64,000 nt of DNA from Lama guanicoe (taxonomy: Eukaryota). The position numbers and the translations under genes were made by a program. This document shows, in pieces, positions 13,345 to 27,500 of this stretch; position 1 is the stretch's first letter; each line of letters begins with the position of its first letter. The notes under the pieces are model-generated. The model searched no databases, had not been told where the DNA came from, and saw nothing but the letters and a program-made list of their open reading frames with translations. Location: contig MU054323.1 of NCBI GenBank assembly GCA_013239625.1, forward strand, positions 1 to 64,000. The letters run 5' to 3'.

Positions 13345-14710
13345 TAAACCACAGTGATACCACTACATACTCACGAGAATGTCTGTAATTAAGACAGACA
13401 CCACTAAATATTGCTGAAGATGTAAAACCACCAGCACTCTGATACATTATTAGTAGAAATATGGATGACACAACCACCTTGGAAAAGGTCTGGCAGCTTC
13501 TTATAAAAATAAACTATATCTACTCTATGACTTAGCAGTTCCACTCAAAGATACTGACCCAAAAGAAATGAAAGCATATACCGGTAAAGACTAGAACAAG
13601 ACTGGTCATAGCAGTTTTAGTCACAATAGCACAAAACTGGACACTTAGGAGTTCTTTATCCATTCTTCAATTGATGGAGCTCTAAGTGTTATCTACTGAA
13701 TATTTGTGACTCCCACAGACTGTATCTTTGTATCCTCCCAAAATTCACATATTAAGACCCTAATGCCACTGTGATGATATTTGGAGATGGTATCTTTGGG
13801 AGCTATTGGGTCACAAGAAAGGAACCCTCATGAATGGGATTAGTGCCCTTATTAGATGAGGCCAGAGAGCCAGCTAGCTCCCTTCCCACCACATGATGAT
13901 ACAGGAAGTCGGCAGTCTACAACCCAGCAGAGGATCCTCTCCAGAACCTGACAGTGCTGGCACCCTGACCTCAGATGTCTAGCCTCCAGAACTGTGAGAG
14001 ATAGATTTCTGTTGTTCAGCCACCCAGTTTATGGTATTTTGTGATGAGCAGCCCAAACTAAGACACATGAGATATTCATATAATGAAATACTAATCAGCC
14101 ATTAAAAAGAGTAAACTACTGACACATGTGAAAATATGGATGACTCTCAAGATACGATGAATGAAAGAAGATGGACAAAAAAGTACATACTCCATGGGTC
14201 CATTAATGTAAAGCACTACAATAGACAAAAGCAACCTATAATGGGGGAAAAAATTATAAACAGTAGCTGCTCTAAGAGTGGCTGTAGGCAGAGGTTTACT
14301 GGGAAGAGGCACGAGGGAACTTTCCAGCACGATGGTAATGTTCTGTATCTTGATAGGGTTGAATCGCACACGTGTGTGCATTTGTCATAACTCACTGGCT
14401 TGGGCACTTAAGAGCTGTGTATTTCATTGTATGCAGATTTTATCCCAAAAGAAAGAAAACTATAAGCAAATGTTGAATTTTAATTAATATAAACATAAAT
14501 ATTTTAGCATGCGTATCATTAATTCAAGTACTGACTCTGAAATACGTTAAAAAATAAGACTGATAAATGGCCGGATAAAGAGATGGATAGAAATATAACA
14601 CAGCAAGTATAGTAAGACACTAAATAGAATTTTAGTGGAGGTATATGAGAGTTTACTAAAGAATTCTTTCAACCTTCCTTCTATATTTGCAATCTTTCAG
14701 AATAAAATGC
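13345..14710 (+). mobile_element. Old L1 3' region interrupted by a MaLR LTR
   Basis: L1 3' motifs (GATACCACTACATAC, AGCAGTTCCACTC, AATGAAATACTAATCAGCCATTAAAAAG) lie on both sides of the LTR. Confidence 0.75.
13693..14065 (+). mobile_element. MaLR solo LTR (MLT1A-like)
   Basis: ATGAATGGGATTAGTGCCCTTAT, GCTGGCACCCTGA..AGCCTCCAGAACTGTGAGA, and the terminal GCAGCCCAAACTAAGACA. Confidence 0.82.
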
Positions 14711-14786
14711 TGGTGGGGGCAGCAAAATCTGAAAGAGAAATAAACGTTATTTCAAATAGGACATCCCAAAGAAAGTGCACTCTTAC

Positions 14787-14920
14787 CTTACAAGGTAGCT
14801 TCTAAGTTCTCCTCGGTAACTGATGACCAAGAGCTCCGCAGACCACTGTGCGCTTGCTTCGTACTCTAAAAATATCAACCCAGCAACGGCACAGCCCAAA
14901 TCACCTGCTGAGCCAGACGC
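14787..14920 (-). CDS. NBAS: NBAS coding exon 8
   Basis: ctgcag/GCG..AG/gtaaga; 134 nt; ASGSAGDLGCAVAGLIFLEYEASAQWSAELLVISYRGELRSYLV(S). Confidence 0.95.
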
Positions 14921-15465
14921 CTGCAGGAGAGGGGGAAGGCAAGCTACTGAAAAGATGCCAGATGGACGTTAACTTGTGTATAACTGGAAGATATCCGAGA
15001 CACTGGCCTTGCTGGGGGTACTTTAAATAAGACGGCCCCAGAACTGATCTGTATTTGAAGACCCATGCAAGCCAGAGTGCCCAGAACTAGACACTCAAGT
15101 CTAGACCAGCCCTTCCAGCCACAGGCTGGGAACACAGCAGCCTGTTTGGGTGAGATGTTCACCTAGTAGGTGAATTTCTGTTTAGACTACACGTCTAGGG
15201 CAAAAAAGAGGGAGAAAAAAACAAAGTAATGCCTCAAAGAACTCTAAAATACAGAATTCAGATATAAAGTTTCAAAGGTTAATTTCCACTGCCAGAGGTA
15301 ACCAATACTGAAAAAAAACTCCAGTTATTTCCATTTGCCTAATCAGCAAGTTAAGCGAAGGACACTTAGAACACTCACTCAGTGCCAGTATTTCTACACT
15401 AAGTACCTGAAGGCACGTGCACCCCAGGAAGCACACGTAAAAGGCCCTGAACGGCTCCTCACTGT

Positions 15466-15783
15466 CCAGAGTCACTCCAGACATAGTAAAAGATGACAGC
15501 CACATGTGGCGACTGAACCCTTGATACCTGGCTAGTCTGAACTGAGAGATGCCGAACATAAAAATACACACCAAATTGCAAAGACTTGGTACCAAAGTAA
15601 GAATGCGAAATATTTCGATAACTTTGACCTTACCATTTTAACAGGGAATTGTTTTGGATGTGTTGTATTAAATAAAACATATCGAAAACATTTCACCTGT
15701 TTCACTTAATGCTACTAAAATTTTTTAAATTGCACATTGATCATATATACAGCTCACATCACATTTCTGTCAGACAGTGCTAG
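15466..15783. mobile_element. hAT-Charlie relic (MER33-like)
   Basis: CAGCCACATGTGGC, AAAATACACACCAAATTGCAAAGACTT and the end ATTTCTGTCAGACAGTGCT resemble MER33. Confidence 0.65.
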
Positions 15784-15900
15784 TCTAGAAAACAGAAATT
15801 CAACCTTCTTACTTTGTTTCCCCAGAACTTCCATAACAGGAGCCAATGTACTTTTTCAATTTCTGTTCACTCATTTCTGAACAAAAAATCATTCTCTGCA

Positions 15901-16100
15901 TCATTGGTTCTCATCCCTAGCTTCTCATCAGAATCCGCTGAAAGCCCTGAGACACCATTAACGTCCGGGTCCCACTCAGATTCATTACATCAGGCTCTGC
16001 GGTTGGAGCCCAGGCAACGCAGTAGTTTTAGCTTTTGGTTTCCTTGTCTTTATAAAGTTTCCCAGGTGATTCTAAGATGTAGCCAGAGTTAGAACCACTG
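15901..16100. mobile_element. MER5-like hAT element
   Basis: Inverted termini CATTGGTTCTCA..TTAGAACCACTG; CCCAGGTGATTCTAA motif. Confidence 0.7.
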
Positions 16101-16751
16101 TTCTACCTGCCCCTGTACTTTGACTATTTGAGGGAAGAGGATACAAAGCAAAAAGCACTGGATTCCTGAAAGAGATACTGAGAAACTGGATCACATGCGG
16201 GAAGGTCACTGTACCTCCTCACAATCTACGTTCTCTAAACTGTAAAATGAGGGTAGTATCTACCCCATCTTCTCAAAGGGTATTATGAATACTAAGTAAG
16301 AATATATCACAAAGCCATTAATAAAGAATAAAGCACGGTACAAATACAAGTTATTACAACCACTAATTTTTTTTTTCTCCACTTGCCATTTCAATTTCTA
16401 CCCCTTTAGTGCAACAAATTCTAATTCCTCTCGAAGCTGGTTCTGTTGCAGTGGCCCACTGACTTCTTTCCTTCACTGAAACTTCACACCAGATTCTGCA
16501 CCTCCAGTTAGGACTGACTTACTACCACATTTTAAGAACGGTAGACTATGTCTGGACAGCGCATTACAAATACAAAGCATCGGTACTGCATGTACAGATC
16601 TCTAACTAGACTTGAGTATCTTAAATTCACAGCTTATTATTCTGATTTACAGTCATACTTGCTCTCTCATTACGTTTGTTCATTCATTCAAGTACCTATA
16701 CACAAGAGGCAGTCAAAAAAAAAACGTTTTCTGTTTAAGGTATGCACGAAC

Positions 16752-16885
16752 CGGAGTAATAACGAAGAGTTCACTTCCCATAAGATCAAACACCCGCACA
16801 GTCCCCGTGCTTTCGGCATAGGCCAGCAGGGTACAGTCGTAGCTCCACGCCACCCGTCTCCACTGGGGTTTTGGGTCTTTTGGAA
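16752..16885 (-). CDS. NBAS: NBAS coding exon 7
   Basis: ttctag/TT..CCG/gttcgt; 134 nt; PKDPKPQWRRVAWSYDCTLLAYAESTGTVRVFDLMGSELFVITP (N-terminal beta-propeller region). Confidence 0.95.
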
Positions 16886-19409
16886 CTAGAACGAAAAGGA
16901 AAGAAGTGCCTTTAACATTGCAAAGACAGTAAACACTTGTAGTTCCTGCAACTAAAGAAAGTATTCGAGTATTACCTCACTTCCTAAGGGTCTCTAACAC
17001 TTCTGTTCGGTAGAAAGGAACAGTTCCCAGAAAGTAAGAGCGGGAAATACAGACCCTGACAAGCCTGCTCCCGCTTACGTGAGCAGACCCCGTCCGCTAA
17101 CCCTTCAGGAATGATACACCTCCAAAGACTCAGGGAATTCAGAGAGATCAAAAGCATAGAGGCCACGCAGAAAATAACTGCAATGCAATGAGTTCAGTTC
17201 CTTCAAAGGCAAAAAAGAAGAAAATTTCAACTGAGATCTTTTAAATATGTATACCAAATATAGATGCTAAAGAAATATAAAGTGGGATGATACTGACACA
17301 GGATTAGAAAGAGAAAAAAATACATATGTGCATTAGGCAAGTGAATCAAGAACTGATCTTAGCCAATCACACAAAAGATTTTGATCAGCAACACTTTCAT
17401 CATCCAACACCTGTATTTCCTTCTGTTCTGAATTGTTCAGTACAGCAATAGAAAGGCCACCAGCTGCACCAGAAAAAGGGGCTGTGAAACTCTAAACTGT
17501 GTGAGGTTTGTTTGAGGGTTTTGATCTTTCGTTTGCTTCTGTTTCCCCTTATTAGAATCTCAGAACTGAAGAGACAGGTTGGACCAGTGTCTTCCCTTCA
17601 CCAACAAAAATTGCAAATGGTTAGGAGACTCGAGGTGACACCACAAGTCAGGATCAGAATGAAGCCCAGAGCCCAAGGGTTCCCCACACAGTGTGTGCCC
17701 ATCACAACACACTGCCCCTCGGCCAGAGCCTGGTTTAGCCTGAGGGGTGCTGCCTCAGATATGTTTCCAGAATTCATCGCCTTCTCTCTATTTTTCTGCT
17801 GATATCCTCATTCAGGCTGCATCACCTCTCACTTAGTCTCTCACCACAGCCTCCTAACTGATCTTGCCACCTTCAGTCTCCTCTCTTCTAATGCTTCCTC
17901 AATAGTGTCCAAAAATACCTTTGTAAAGTAGGAAGATGACCAGATCACAAGCTTCTGCTGCTAAATCCCTGATGCTTGTCCATTTCCAACAACATCAAAG
18001 TCCAAACTCCTCCACATACATGAAAGGCCCTTCATGAATGGTCCCATCGTAGCTGTCCTCCCACTCCTTCCTCCATCAGACACCTAATAACCCACTAGTA
18101 ACACAACTACTTGGCAAGTAAACCACACATGCTCCAGTCTCTGTGTCTACCGCACACACAGCCATTTCCCCTAGAACGTTCATCTCCAACACTGCTCAAA
18201 CAGTTCGTGTTTATTACAACTGCAGTGACAAACTGCCACCTCCTCCTCCTTTGACACTCTTCAAAACTGACCACTGTCCTCTGTGCCCCCAAAATGCTGT
18301 ACAACCATCTCTCATAGCATTTTCACACCAGATTATGCTGTTTACATGACTGTTGTCCGCACAAGTCTGAGACGACGTCTCATTCAACACTACCCCCCCA
18401 AGACCTGGACTGGAAAGTGGTAATGTTTCCCTGATGAGTGAGGCCCAAGCCTGTCAGGAAAATCTACAGCAACGGGGCAAGGAAAAGCTAAGGGCTTACC
18501 ATCCTCAGAGACTAATGATTAAATGTGAGTTATGTAACCGAAGTCTTCTCTCCACCTGAAGAAGGTACTGTAGGGTTCAAGTTCCCTCTTATCTCTGCAA
18601 TATATGTAAAACATGTTCTAGACATGGAAAAGTTCACCAAATGCCAATGAGTTTCTTCATTATGACTATGTATCAAGAGGTGAAAAAGCATGGCAAAAAA
18701 AATCTGAGAGAGGCCCTCGAACACAGAGGGTCTAGTGAATTTTATTAAAGTCTAACAAAATACCACATATACTCTGGAAAAGCAGTTTTTTAAAGAGGGG
18801 AATAAAATGAAGAAAAAGATCAGTTCTCTGTCCTCAGATAGCTTTAAAAGGAAAAAAAAATCAAACTTGGAAGTAAACTTAGGCACAAAATGACCAACAA
18901 CACAAGACTACAAGACCCGCATCTACACAGATACTATGTGAACAGCAGCAAGAAGGCAATGCAATGCCCTGAGAAGGATTCACGGGCTAAAGAAACACAG
19001 CAACATTTTTCCATTATTACTGTTTTACTTGCGGTAACAGATCTTTCATTTTGATAAGAGGATAAACAGATTTACGCACCACATTGTATCTGTCTGAAGT
19101 AAGTTCCATCCGAAGGGAATTTATCTTTACTATTACTTCTAGTTATAACCAGTAGCTCCAGAAAACTCAGCATGTGTTTTGACCCAGATAAAGATATGTT
19201 TTCATTACAAGATAAGGTTTCACATAACAATGCAAAAATAAAGACATTATCACCAGATTTTTCCAGCACCCTATGTGGTTTTGGAAATAGTACAGATTTT
19301 CACAAAGTTAAGTGACAATGAAGTTTTCTGAAAAGTATTCAAAAAGGCTGATGATAAAATTAACGAGCAATTTGACAACTGCCGTGTTCCTGGTGAAACT
19401 GTTTACACT

Positions 19410-19790
19410 CACTCACCTCCTGCACCAGCTGCGGCCCCTCCAGCCTGCCCAGACGCCAAGCTCCTTTCAGCTCAGGGCTTCTGTCGGTGCTGTCTTCTCT
19501 GCCTGGAACACTCTGTCCCTGGCTCCTTTCCATCTTTCTCATCTCAGTGTAAGTCTCACCAGCCCTCTCTGACTGCCCTGTCTAAGCAGCCTCGAGACCC
19601 CACTGTTCTCCCCCATTCCAATGATTCCACATCTTTTACAGCCCTTATGCCATGTAAGTATAGTATTTGTCTACTTTTCATTGTATGCCTTAAGCGTTAA
19701 GCTCTGAGTTCCACAATGTCAGGTGTTGCCCATCTTGTCCATCACCTTACCACCAGCGCCCAGCCCTGTGCCGTACACAGCAGCACTCAG
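19410..19790 (+). mobile_element. L2 3' fragment (representative; others near 17770-18420, 27430-27570, 38740-38910, 40400-42010)
   Basis: CTCAGGGCTTCTG..GCTGTCTTCTCTGCCTGGAACACTCT.. and tail motifs typical of L2. Confidence 0.62.
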
Positions 19791-19999
19791 GGGCTAAGGA
19801 GCACGCTTCAATCCACTGCTCATTTACCCAAACTAGAAATGGAAAAGGGAGAAAAATAAAACGAGGAACACCTGGTTTTATTCTCAGTGATGCCATGAAA
19901 CAGCTGGGTGTGACCATGGGGCAATCACCAAGGCTTCACGGAGCGCTCTCTCCCAAACATCCTTTGACTTTTACATTAAAAATCAGCAACAGCAAACTA

Positions 20000-22900
20000 G
20001 TGGCACTAGAAAGACATGCAGAGGAGCTAAATATTTAAATGTGTGAAGTAACAGTGTTGGTGGAAGATATGGGAAACATTTTACAGTCCTAGAATAAGCA
20101 AGGTCTAAGCATGATAAGAAACTCGGAAGTTACAAAGGAAAAAAGAAAAATGACAAATGCAGACACCAAAAGAAAAAAAAGCTTCATGGAAAAAAAAAGA
20201 AGCCATAACACATTTAAAAGACAGATCGATCTGGAAAAATATTTGTAACACTTATGACAAGAGTAATATTCATACTACATAGAAAAACTACAAACCAGTA
20301 AGGAAAAGTCAACTAATGTAAGAAGAATATAGGCAAAAGGATATGATCTAACAATCCACAAAAAATAAAAATAAAAATAGCCACTTAACATATGTTCTAA
20401 TAACTAAAGATATGCAAATTGAACATGAGATGCGTTTCTCCCTGTGCCTGCAACCTGATGAATATGTTAGAAATAGGTAACATATGGTGCTGACAATGGA
20501 GAAGAGAAATGGCTTCAATCATATCTTTTTCATGGTTGTATAAATAGGTACAACTTTCAGGAAGGAATTATGGCAGTAGCTGTCACACTGTGAATACTAC
20601 ACCTATAGACAAACAGGTGTCTTTTCCAGCGCGGTTAGAAGGGGAGGGGAGTGAGATGGGCAAAAGAAATAAGAAAGAAGCCACAGTCTAAACTTCTGCC
20701 AAGAAAGAAAGAAAGAAAATGTGGCTCGCATTCTCACAATGGAATACTGTGACTACATTTAAAAGACCGAATTACGTCTGTACACACTGACTGGGAAAGA
20801 TATCACCAATTCAGTAAGTGGGGGAGCAAACTGGAGAACTACATGAGATGACCTTGTTTTGTTACCCCCAAAAAAGTCAATCCATGTATATAAATTTCTT
20901 AACTCAATGTCTCCTCCCCTGTTTTCTGGCACCCTAATTATATGTGTTATACTCTGTGATGGGTTGTGATTATTCCACTAGCTACTAATGTTCCACTTCT
21001 TTAGTTTTTTCCTCCATTTTTCAATTTGGATAGTTTCTTTTGCAAAGCCTTTGAGGTAGAAGATTTTTGTGTGTGTGAGAGCTACTGCCAAAATTCCTTC
21101 CTGAAAGTTGTACCTATTTATACAATCGTGTATACACAGGTTTATACAAGCATAGAAGATTTTATATTAAATCATTAACATAAGTTGCTATGAAGAATGC
21201 AAACTGAGAAGATAAAACAATCTTTTTGTTACTTTTGCTACTTCCATACTGTTTGAATTTGTTACAATTATGTACTGCTTTTGTAATTAAAAGAGAAAAA
21301 AAAAGAGTTACTCGTTTCAGAGTAGGCCTCCCACCATAAAATTAAACTATGTCAAAGAATGGTTTTCAGGTATTTTACGACAAGCAGTACAAACAGAAGT
21401 GAAACAGATGAGGTGAGCCCCAGGACCACCCCTGCTCTCTGACAGGAAGCACTTTCTGGAATGTGCTGCAGGAAGAGGGACATCAAACAGAAGTCTCACT
21501 GAGCAGAGATAAAGGGTGGAGTCTGGAGTTTCTAAGCTGACTAGAATTTGCAAGGCAGAGAAGTGAGTGAGGCAGAAAAGGAACTTTAAAAATCTGCAGA
21601 GAAGACTCCTTGGGTCTTTGGCCAAATACAAAGCTACACACATGCAGAGATTCTATAAGGCCAAGAAAAGGAAAAGTATCGTAGAAAAACAACTATCAGA
21701 GATTGGAGAGCATCTGAAAAGGTATGAGCTCCATCTCGTCACAGCGGAGAGACTACTGAACACTCTGAGCATCTGCAAAAGATCTTAGAAAGGCCTCACC
21801 TTAAAGCAGGGCTGAAAAACCCTCAACATAAAAACTGTTCTAAACCTTATCTTACATGTGGTTTTTAACTTAATTTTTAAAAAATATTTTAAGATTTAAG
21901 TCTTAAAAAAAATTAAGTCTTAAAAAGAAGTCTTTCAAAATTAAGCCAATCCACAGAAATCAACTACTTCCCAGAACAAAACTCAGTAAATTAGGGGAGG
22001 TATAAATATCAGAAACTCAGTAACATAGCAATTATGTTAAGCATACAATCTAAAGTTGCTAGACATGCGAAGCAGGAAAATATAACCCATAATCATGAAG
22101 AAAGTTCATCAACAGAAACATACCCAGAAATCACACATACTGAGAAATAAGTAGACAAGGATGTCAACAGAGCTATTAAAACATATTTGGGAATATGAAG
22201 GAAAACATAAAGATGGGGGAATAGAGGCTCTCAACAGAATCTGATGGAAACTATAAAATATCAAACAAATTTTAAAAATGAAAAAACACCTGAAATGAAA
22301 AATTCACTGGATGGAGTTAAAAACAAATTAAACAATGCAGAGCGGGAAAAAAATCTTCCACCTTAAACACTTCACAAAAGAAACAATCCAAACTGAAAAA
22401 TGGAGGAAAAAACTAAAGAAACATCAGCAGCCAGTGGAATAATCACAGCCCATCTACAATACATATACTTAGAGCGCCAGAAAACAGAGGAAGAGAGACT
22501 GAGCGAAGAAAGTGTATTTGAATTTTAAATAACGTCCATAAATTTTGCAAATGTGATGAAATCTAAAAATCCACTCATTTAAGAGGCTCAATGAACCTCT
22601 AGCAAGCTAAACTGAGAAAATAAAACCAAGTAACATGATAATAAAATTTCTGAAACCAATGATAAAGAGAACATCTTAAAAGCGCTGGAGAAAAAGGACA
22701 CGTTACCTACAGGGAAGCAAGAACAGCAATGACTGCTGGTCAAAAACAAAACAATGCAATGACATCTCTAAAGAGCTAAAAGGAAAAAAAAGGTCAACCT
22801 GGAATTCTATATCCAGAGAAAGTATTTTTTAAAAATAAAGGCAAAAATCAAAGATGGTTTCAGACCAATGCAGAGAATTTATCAACAAACATGCATTATA

Positions 22901-24535
22901 AGAAATATTAAATAAATTCTTCAAGTTGAAGGAAAACTATCAATCAGAAACTCAGTTTTACAGAAGGAAAAAGTTGAAAAGTAATAGAAATGGAAAACAG
23001 AAGTAAATATAAAAGACTTGTCCTTGTTTTTTAATTTCTTAAAGAGTTACTTGACAAAAACAATATATTGTGACAGTTTAATGTATATAAACAAATCTGA
23101 CAACAGTACAAAGGAGAAGGCAGGCATGGGTGCATACTGTGTAATAAAATAATTTTTAAATGTATATTATAAATCCTAAAACAAACACTAAAAGAAAACA
23201 GAAGAGACAGGACAAATAGAAAAACAAGAAGGTAAAATTAAACCTAATCAGTTCAATAACTTCATTAAACGTAAATGTTCTAAACACTAAAATTGAATGA
23301 CAAAAATTATCAGACTAAAAATAAAAGCAAGACTCAATTATATGCTTTCTACAAGAGATGTGCATTAAAAAAAGATACACAGATAAATATAAAGAGAGAA
23401 AAAGATGTCATGTAAATGCTAATCATAAAAAAAGCCAGAGTAACTATATTAATATTTGATAAAAATAGAACCCAGGACAAAGAGAATTACTAGAGATAGA
23501 AAGGGACATTTCATCACAGTAGAGGAGCCATTTCATCAAGACAAAATAACATGTAAGCCTCTAAAAACTAGAATCCTAAATACATAAAGAATGACAGAAC
23601 TAAATGGTAAGATAAACAGATACACAATTGTATTTGGAAATCTCAGCCCTCCTCTCTCAGGAATTCATAGAACAACTAGACAGAAAATCAGTAAAGATAC
23701 AAAAATCTGAACAGCTCTAACACCCAACTCAATTAAATCGACATTTATAAACCACTCACTATACTCAATAACTGCACCATAGCAAGAATTTAATTCTTTT
23801 GAAAACAGACCATATTGTGGGACATAAATCAAGCTTTAATAAATTTAAAAGGTTAAAATCATATTGAATACAGTCTCTGACCACAGCAGAATTAAATTAG
23901 ATATCAATAACAAAAATGCTTGTTGAAGAAAAAAATGTTTAAAGTCAGTGATCTAAACTTCCATCTTCCATCTAGTCAAATAAGAGCAAAACATATCCAG
24001 TACATAGCAGAAAGGAAATAAAAGCAAAAATCAAAGAAAACAGACATACAATAGAAAAAGAAATAAAAATTTAGTTTACTAACTATTAAAAAATTGATAA
24101 AACTCTGTCCTGACTGATCAAGAGACAAGAAAGAGAACACAAACTGCAAATATCAAGAACAAAAAGGGACATCAGTACAGATCTGACAGACAATAAAAGG
24201 ATAATAAGGAAATAGTATATAAATAACTTTAGGCCAATATGGTCTACAATTTAGGGAAAATTTCATAAAAACTGGAACTGAAAAAAGAGGAAACTGAAAT
24301 TTTAAAAAGCTTTATGCCTATTTTAAAAACTTCAAAGCTCCAAGTTTCACTGGTGAATTCTATCAAATATTTAAGAAATAATTCCAGTTCTACACAAACT
24401 CTTGCAGAAAATAAAAAGGAACACTTGCCAACTCATGTTGAGACCAGTGCTACTCCAATAGCAAATCAGAAAGACATCACCAAAAAAAGTGTATAAACCA
24501 ATATCCCCAGGAACACAGATGCAATAATCTGCTAA
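20000..24535 (+). mobile_element. Cluster of old degraded L1 pieces (ORF1/ORF2 remnants) in NBAS intron 6
   Basis: Strong A-skew; remnants such as AAAAATTCACTGGATGG, GGAATTCTATATCCAG, GAACAACTAGACAGAAAATCAGTAAAGA and CACTGGTGAATTCTATCAAATATTTAAG; no intact ORF; probably several elements. Confidence 0.78.
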
Positions 24536-27500
24536 CTGTTTTATTCACAACTACCTGCACACAAAGGCCTAATGATGGTTCCACCCTGACTGTGAAATCA
24601 AGTGCAACACTGAGGTGCTTACTGCGCAGAGATCAAATCTGTCGGCACTTTCTGGATAATTTGGGTAGTTGGGAGACCTATGTCCTAACACTTGGATGTT
24701 ATCTAGGGAAAAAAAAAGATCAAAAAAGATACTTTGGAAAGTTCTTCTTGAACTTCAACCTCAACAACTTAACAACCTACCTTTAAGAGAAGAAAGCAGA
24801 TTATAAAACATTTCACTTTCACAGAACATATCCACACTAATACAGAAAAACGTCTGAAAGAACAGATCATAAAATGTTAACAGTACTTCTCTCTGGATGG
24901 TGTGCCTACTTTAATTTTCTACTTTTTCCTCATTCTTAGTTTCTAAAGTTTTTACTGAGAAAGCGTATTATTTTTTCAATAAGAATTTTAATCTAAAAAT
25001 ATGAAAATGAAGTTATCATATAATCTGAGGTTCCTGAATCACAGTTTGAGAATGAGATGTTTTCATTTCAAAATCTGGGTGCTTCCAACAGGCTATGCTT
25101 CTCAGCCTTTTTCATGTCAAGACACACCGAATATTATGCTTGTATGGCGCTATGGGTAAATTGACAAGGCTGCCGGAAACGGGAGGCAACAAGTCTGAGC
25201 TCATGCTGTCCCAGGGCAATGGGACCACTGGAGGGCTGATGGGACCTCAGCACATCTACAAGAGGCAAGCTGGACAGCAGCTGAGGACGCTCTGATTTAT
25301 GGGATCTCAAAACCAGAAACAGGAGAAAACTCTCCTGATGAACACAGTACAGCTCTAAAAGTATACAATTCCATGTGCTACTTTCAGGTCACTATTCAAG
25401 ACAGAAGGAGAAGACTAAATTACTATCTATGGCCTGGCAAACACAGCCAAAACAAGTTGTAATCCACATTTAGAACATTCTCAAATAGCATACATTTTAA
25501 TTGAAAAATATCAAAGCGGAATCAAATAGCTCCTATCTTAGTTTGCAGACTCTACAATATGTAGTTTCAAAAACGCATTAACAACAATCTGGCTCCTTCT
25601 CTCCAGGCGTACACAGGAAATATCACTTGGCATATGAGAGTTATTCCTATCAAGATGAGTTAGATAATAAGCAAATGATTATTACCTCACATTATATGAA
25701 ACGGAAAGAAGCCATTAATGCAGCATTAAAGTCATCAATTTATACATTCAGAAGCCAACAAAATAAAACATCAGTTCTCAAAGCATTATTATCTCATTCA
25801 TACTACCATATTAACTGTACACAGTAAAAGCTCTTAACAAATATTACAATCTGTATGAAATACAAAAGGGTTAAGCTTCCTATTGTCATGTTAACTTATA
25901 GACTTCTCAATTTACTTACTGGCTCAGAGCAGGTGTCTAGTGTCAAAGCTCAAAGGGTCCTGTATGTCTGAATTACTCCAACATTCTGAGCATCCTTTCT
26001 CAGAAGCCCACCACAAGCTCCCTAAGCCCTCATCCAACAAAAGGGAAGCAAGGGGAAAAAGGCAATTGAATATCCCCAAATTACTCTTCTGGGAACTTAT
26101 TGATCCTTATACATTATTTAAGGCAGGCCTGGTCTACTTTAGTAAGTGCTGGTGAAGAAAGCATAGGAAGCAAATTCAGAAAATGCCAGAGCCCCAAGTT
26201 TAGGATTTCACAAAAACTACTCCCCTTCTATTATTCTCAAAAGGATACTAAGCAAATATGGCTTTTTATCTACACTTATTGTTCCAGTTGTGGTCTGTGT
26301 ACACATTTGTGTACAACAGGAATAAAAAATTTGAATATGACAATTCATAAACTCATATATGAGTATATAATACAAAATGTATATATTATATACCTATATA
26401 TACACACACTCATGGATTTCTAAAATTAACTCAGAAGAAATAAGCAAATATCCACTTGGATATGGTCAAAAGTTATATTCTTACTAGTGGCACTAAAAAT
26501 TAAAAAAAAATAGTTGAGTGAGGCAGGAGCCCTTCCTTCAAAGAATTTACTATCTAATTAGGAATCAGACAAGCAAGTCAACAATTAAAAAAGGAAAGCA
26601 GATAAGGCTAGGTGTAGTGATACTGGTACAGAAAGTCCTACAGAAACATTAAGACGCACAATTCATGAAGAAGAGAGTACGGAAAAAAGGTTTCCCAAAA
26701 AAGCTAATGCTCGACCTAAAACATGCAGGACTAATTAAATACAAAGGTGGGAGCACCTAGGCTAAAGGAGCTACCTGTGCTAAGCATGGAAAGCACTATG
26801 GGGCTGGGAAACTGTAAGCTACTCTGTCCCAGAACACAGGACACACGGCAGGGCCGCCTTACAGGACAGGCAGGCAGACTCTGGAAGGTCTCGTGTCCTG
26901 AACTAGAAAATATGAACTGCATTCTACAGTCAACGGTGAACAATGAAAGGTTTTAGGCAGAATAATAACACTAGTAGTGGTGACTGATAACAGCTTAATG
27001 ACTCCTAAGTACTCAGTATGTCAGACATTATGCTAAGAGCTTTACATGTATATCAGCTCACATCATTTTTCCACAACCCGATCTGTAAGATCATGCCCAT
27101 ATTACAGACAACTGAGGCTCAGAGAGGTAAAGTGACTTGTCCAAGATTACTACCTAGAAAGCAGTACAGCCAGACTTAAAGGGTCACCTTGATAGAATCC
27201 TCATTGAAAGATGATCAATTTGACAAGCAGTGTAAAGTATGGATTAGTGAAGAACATACAGAAGAAAGCCTTGTCAGGAGACTGTTGCAAGAAACCAAGT
27301 GAAAAGATGTTAAGAGCCTGAGCTAGGGCTGTGATAACTGACGTACACAAGCAGGAAGCAAGAGCCATTTACACAGACGCCCAGGATGTGGCGAAGTTAA
27401 GCTGAGGCTTCTCCATTGTATCAGTATAAGTGCAATGAGTTACTTCTCTCTCTCTTCCCTGACGGACTATAAATCTAGGTAACCCGTATCTTATTCCTTA

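Noticed and set aside
12700..13347. 215-aa plus-strand ORF
   Set aside because: Starts inside a Tigger1 relic, crosses MIR-like sequence and runs antisense over NBAS exon 9; non-ATG start and no recognisable protein.
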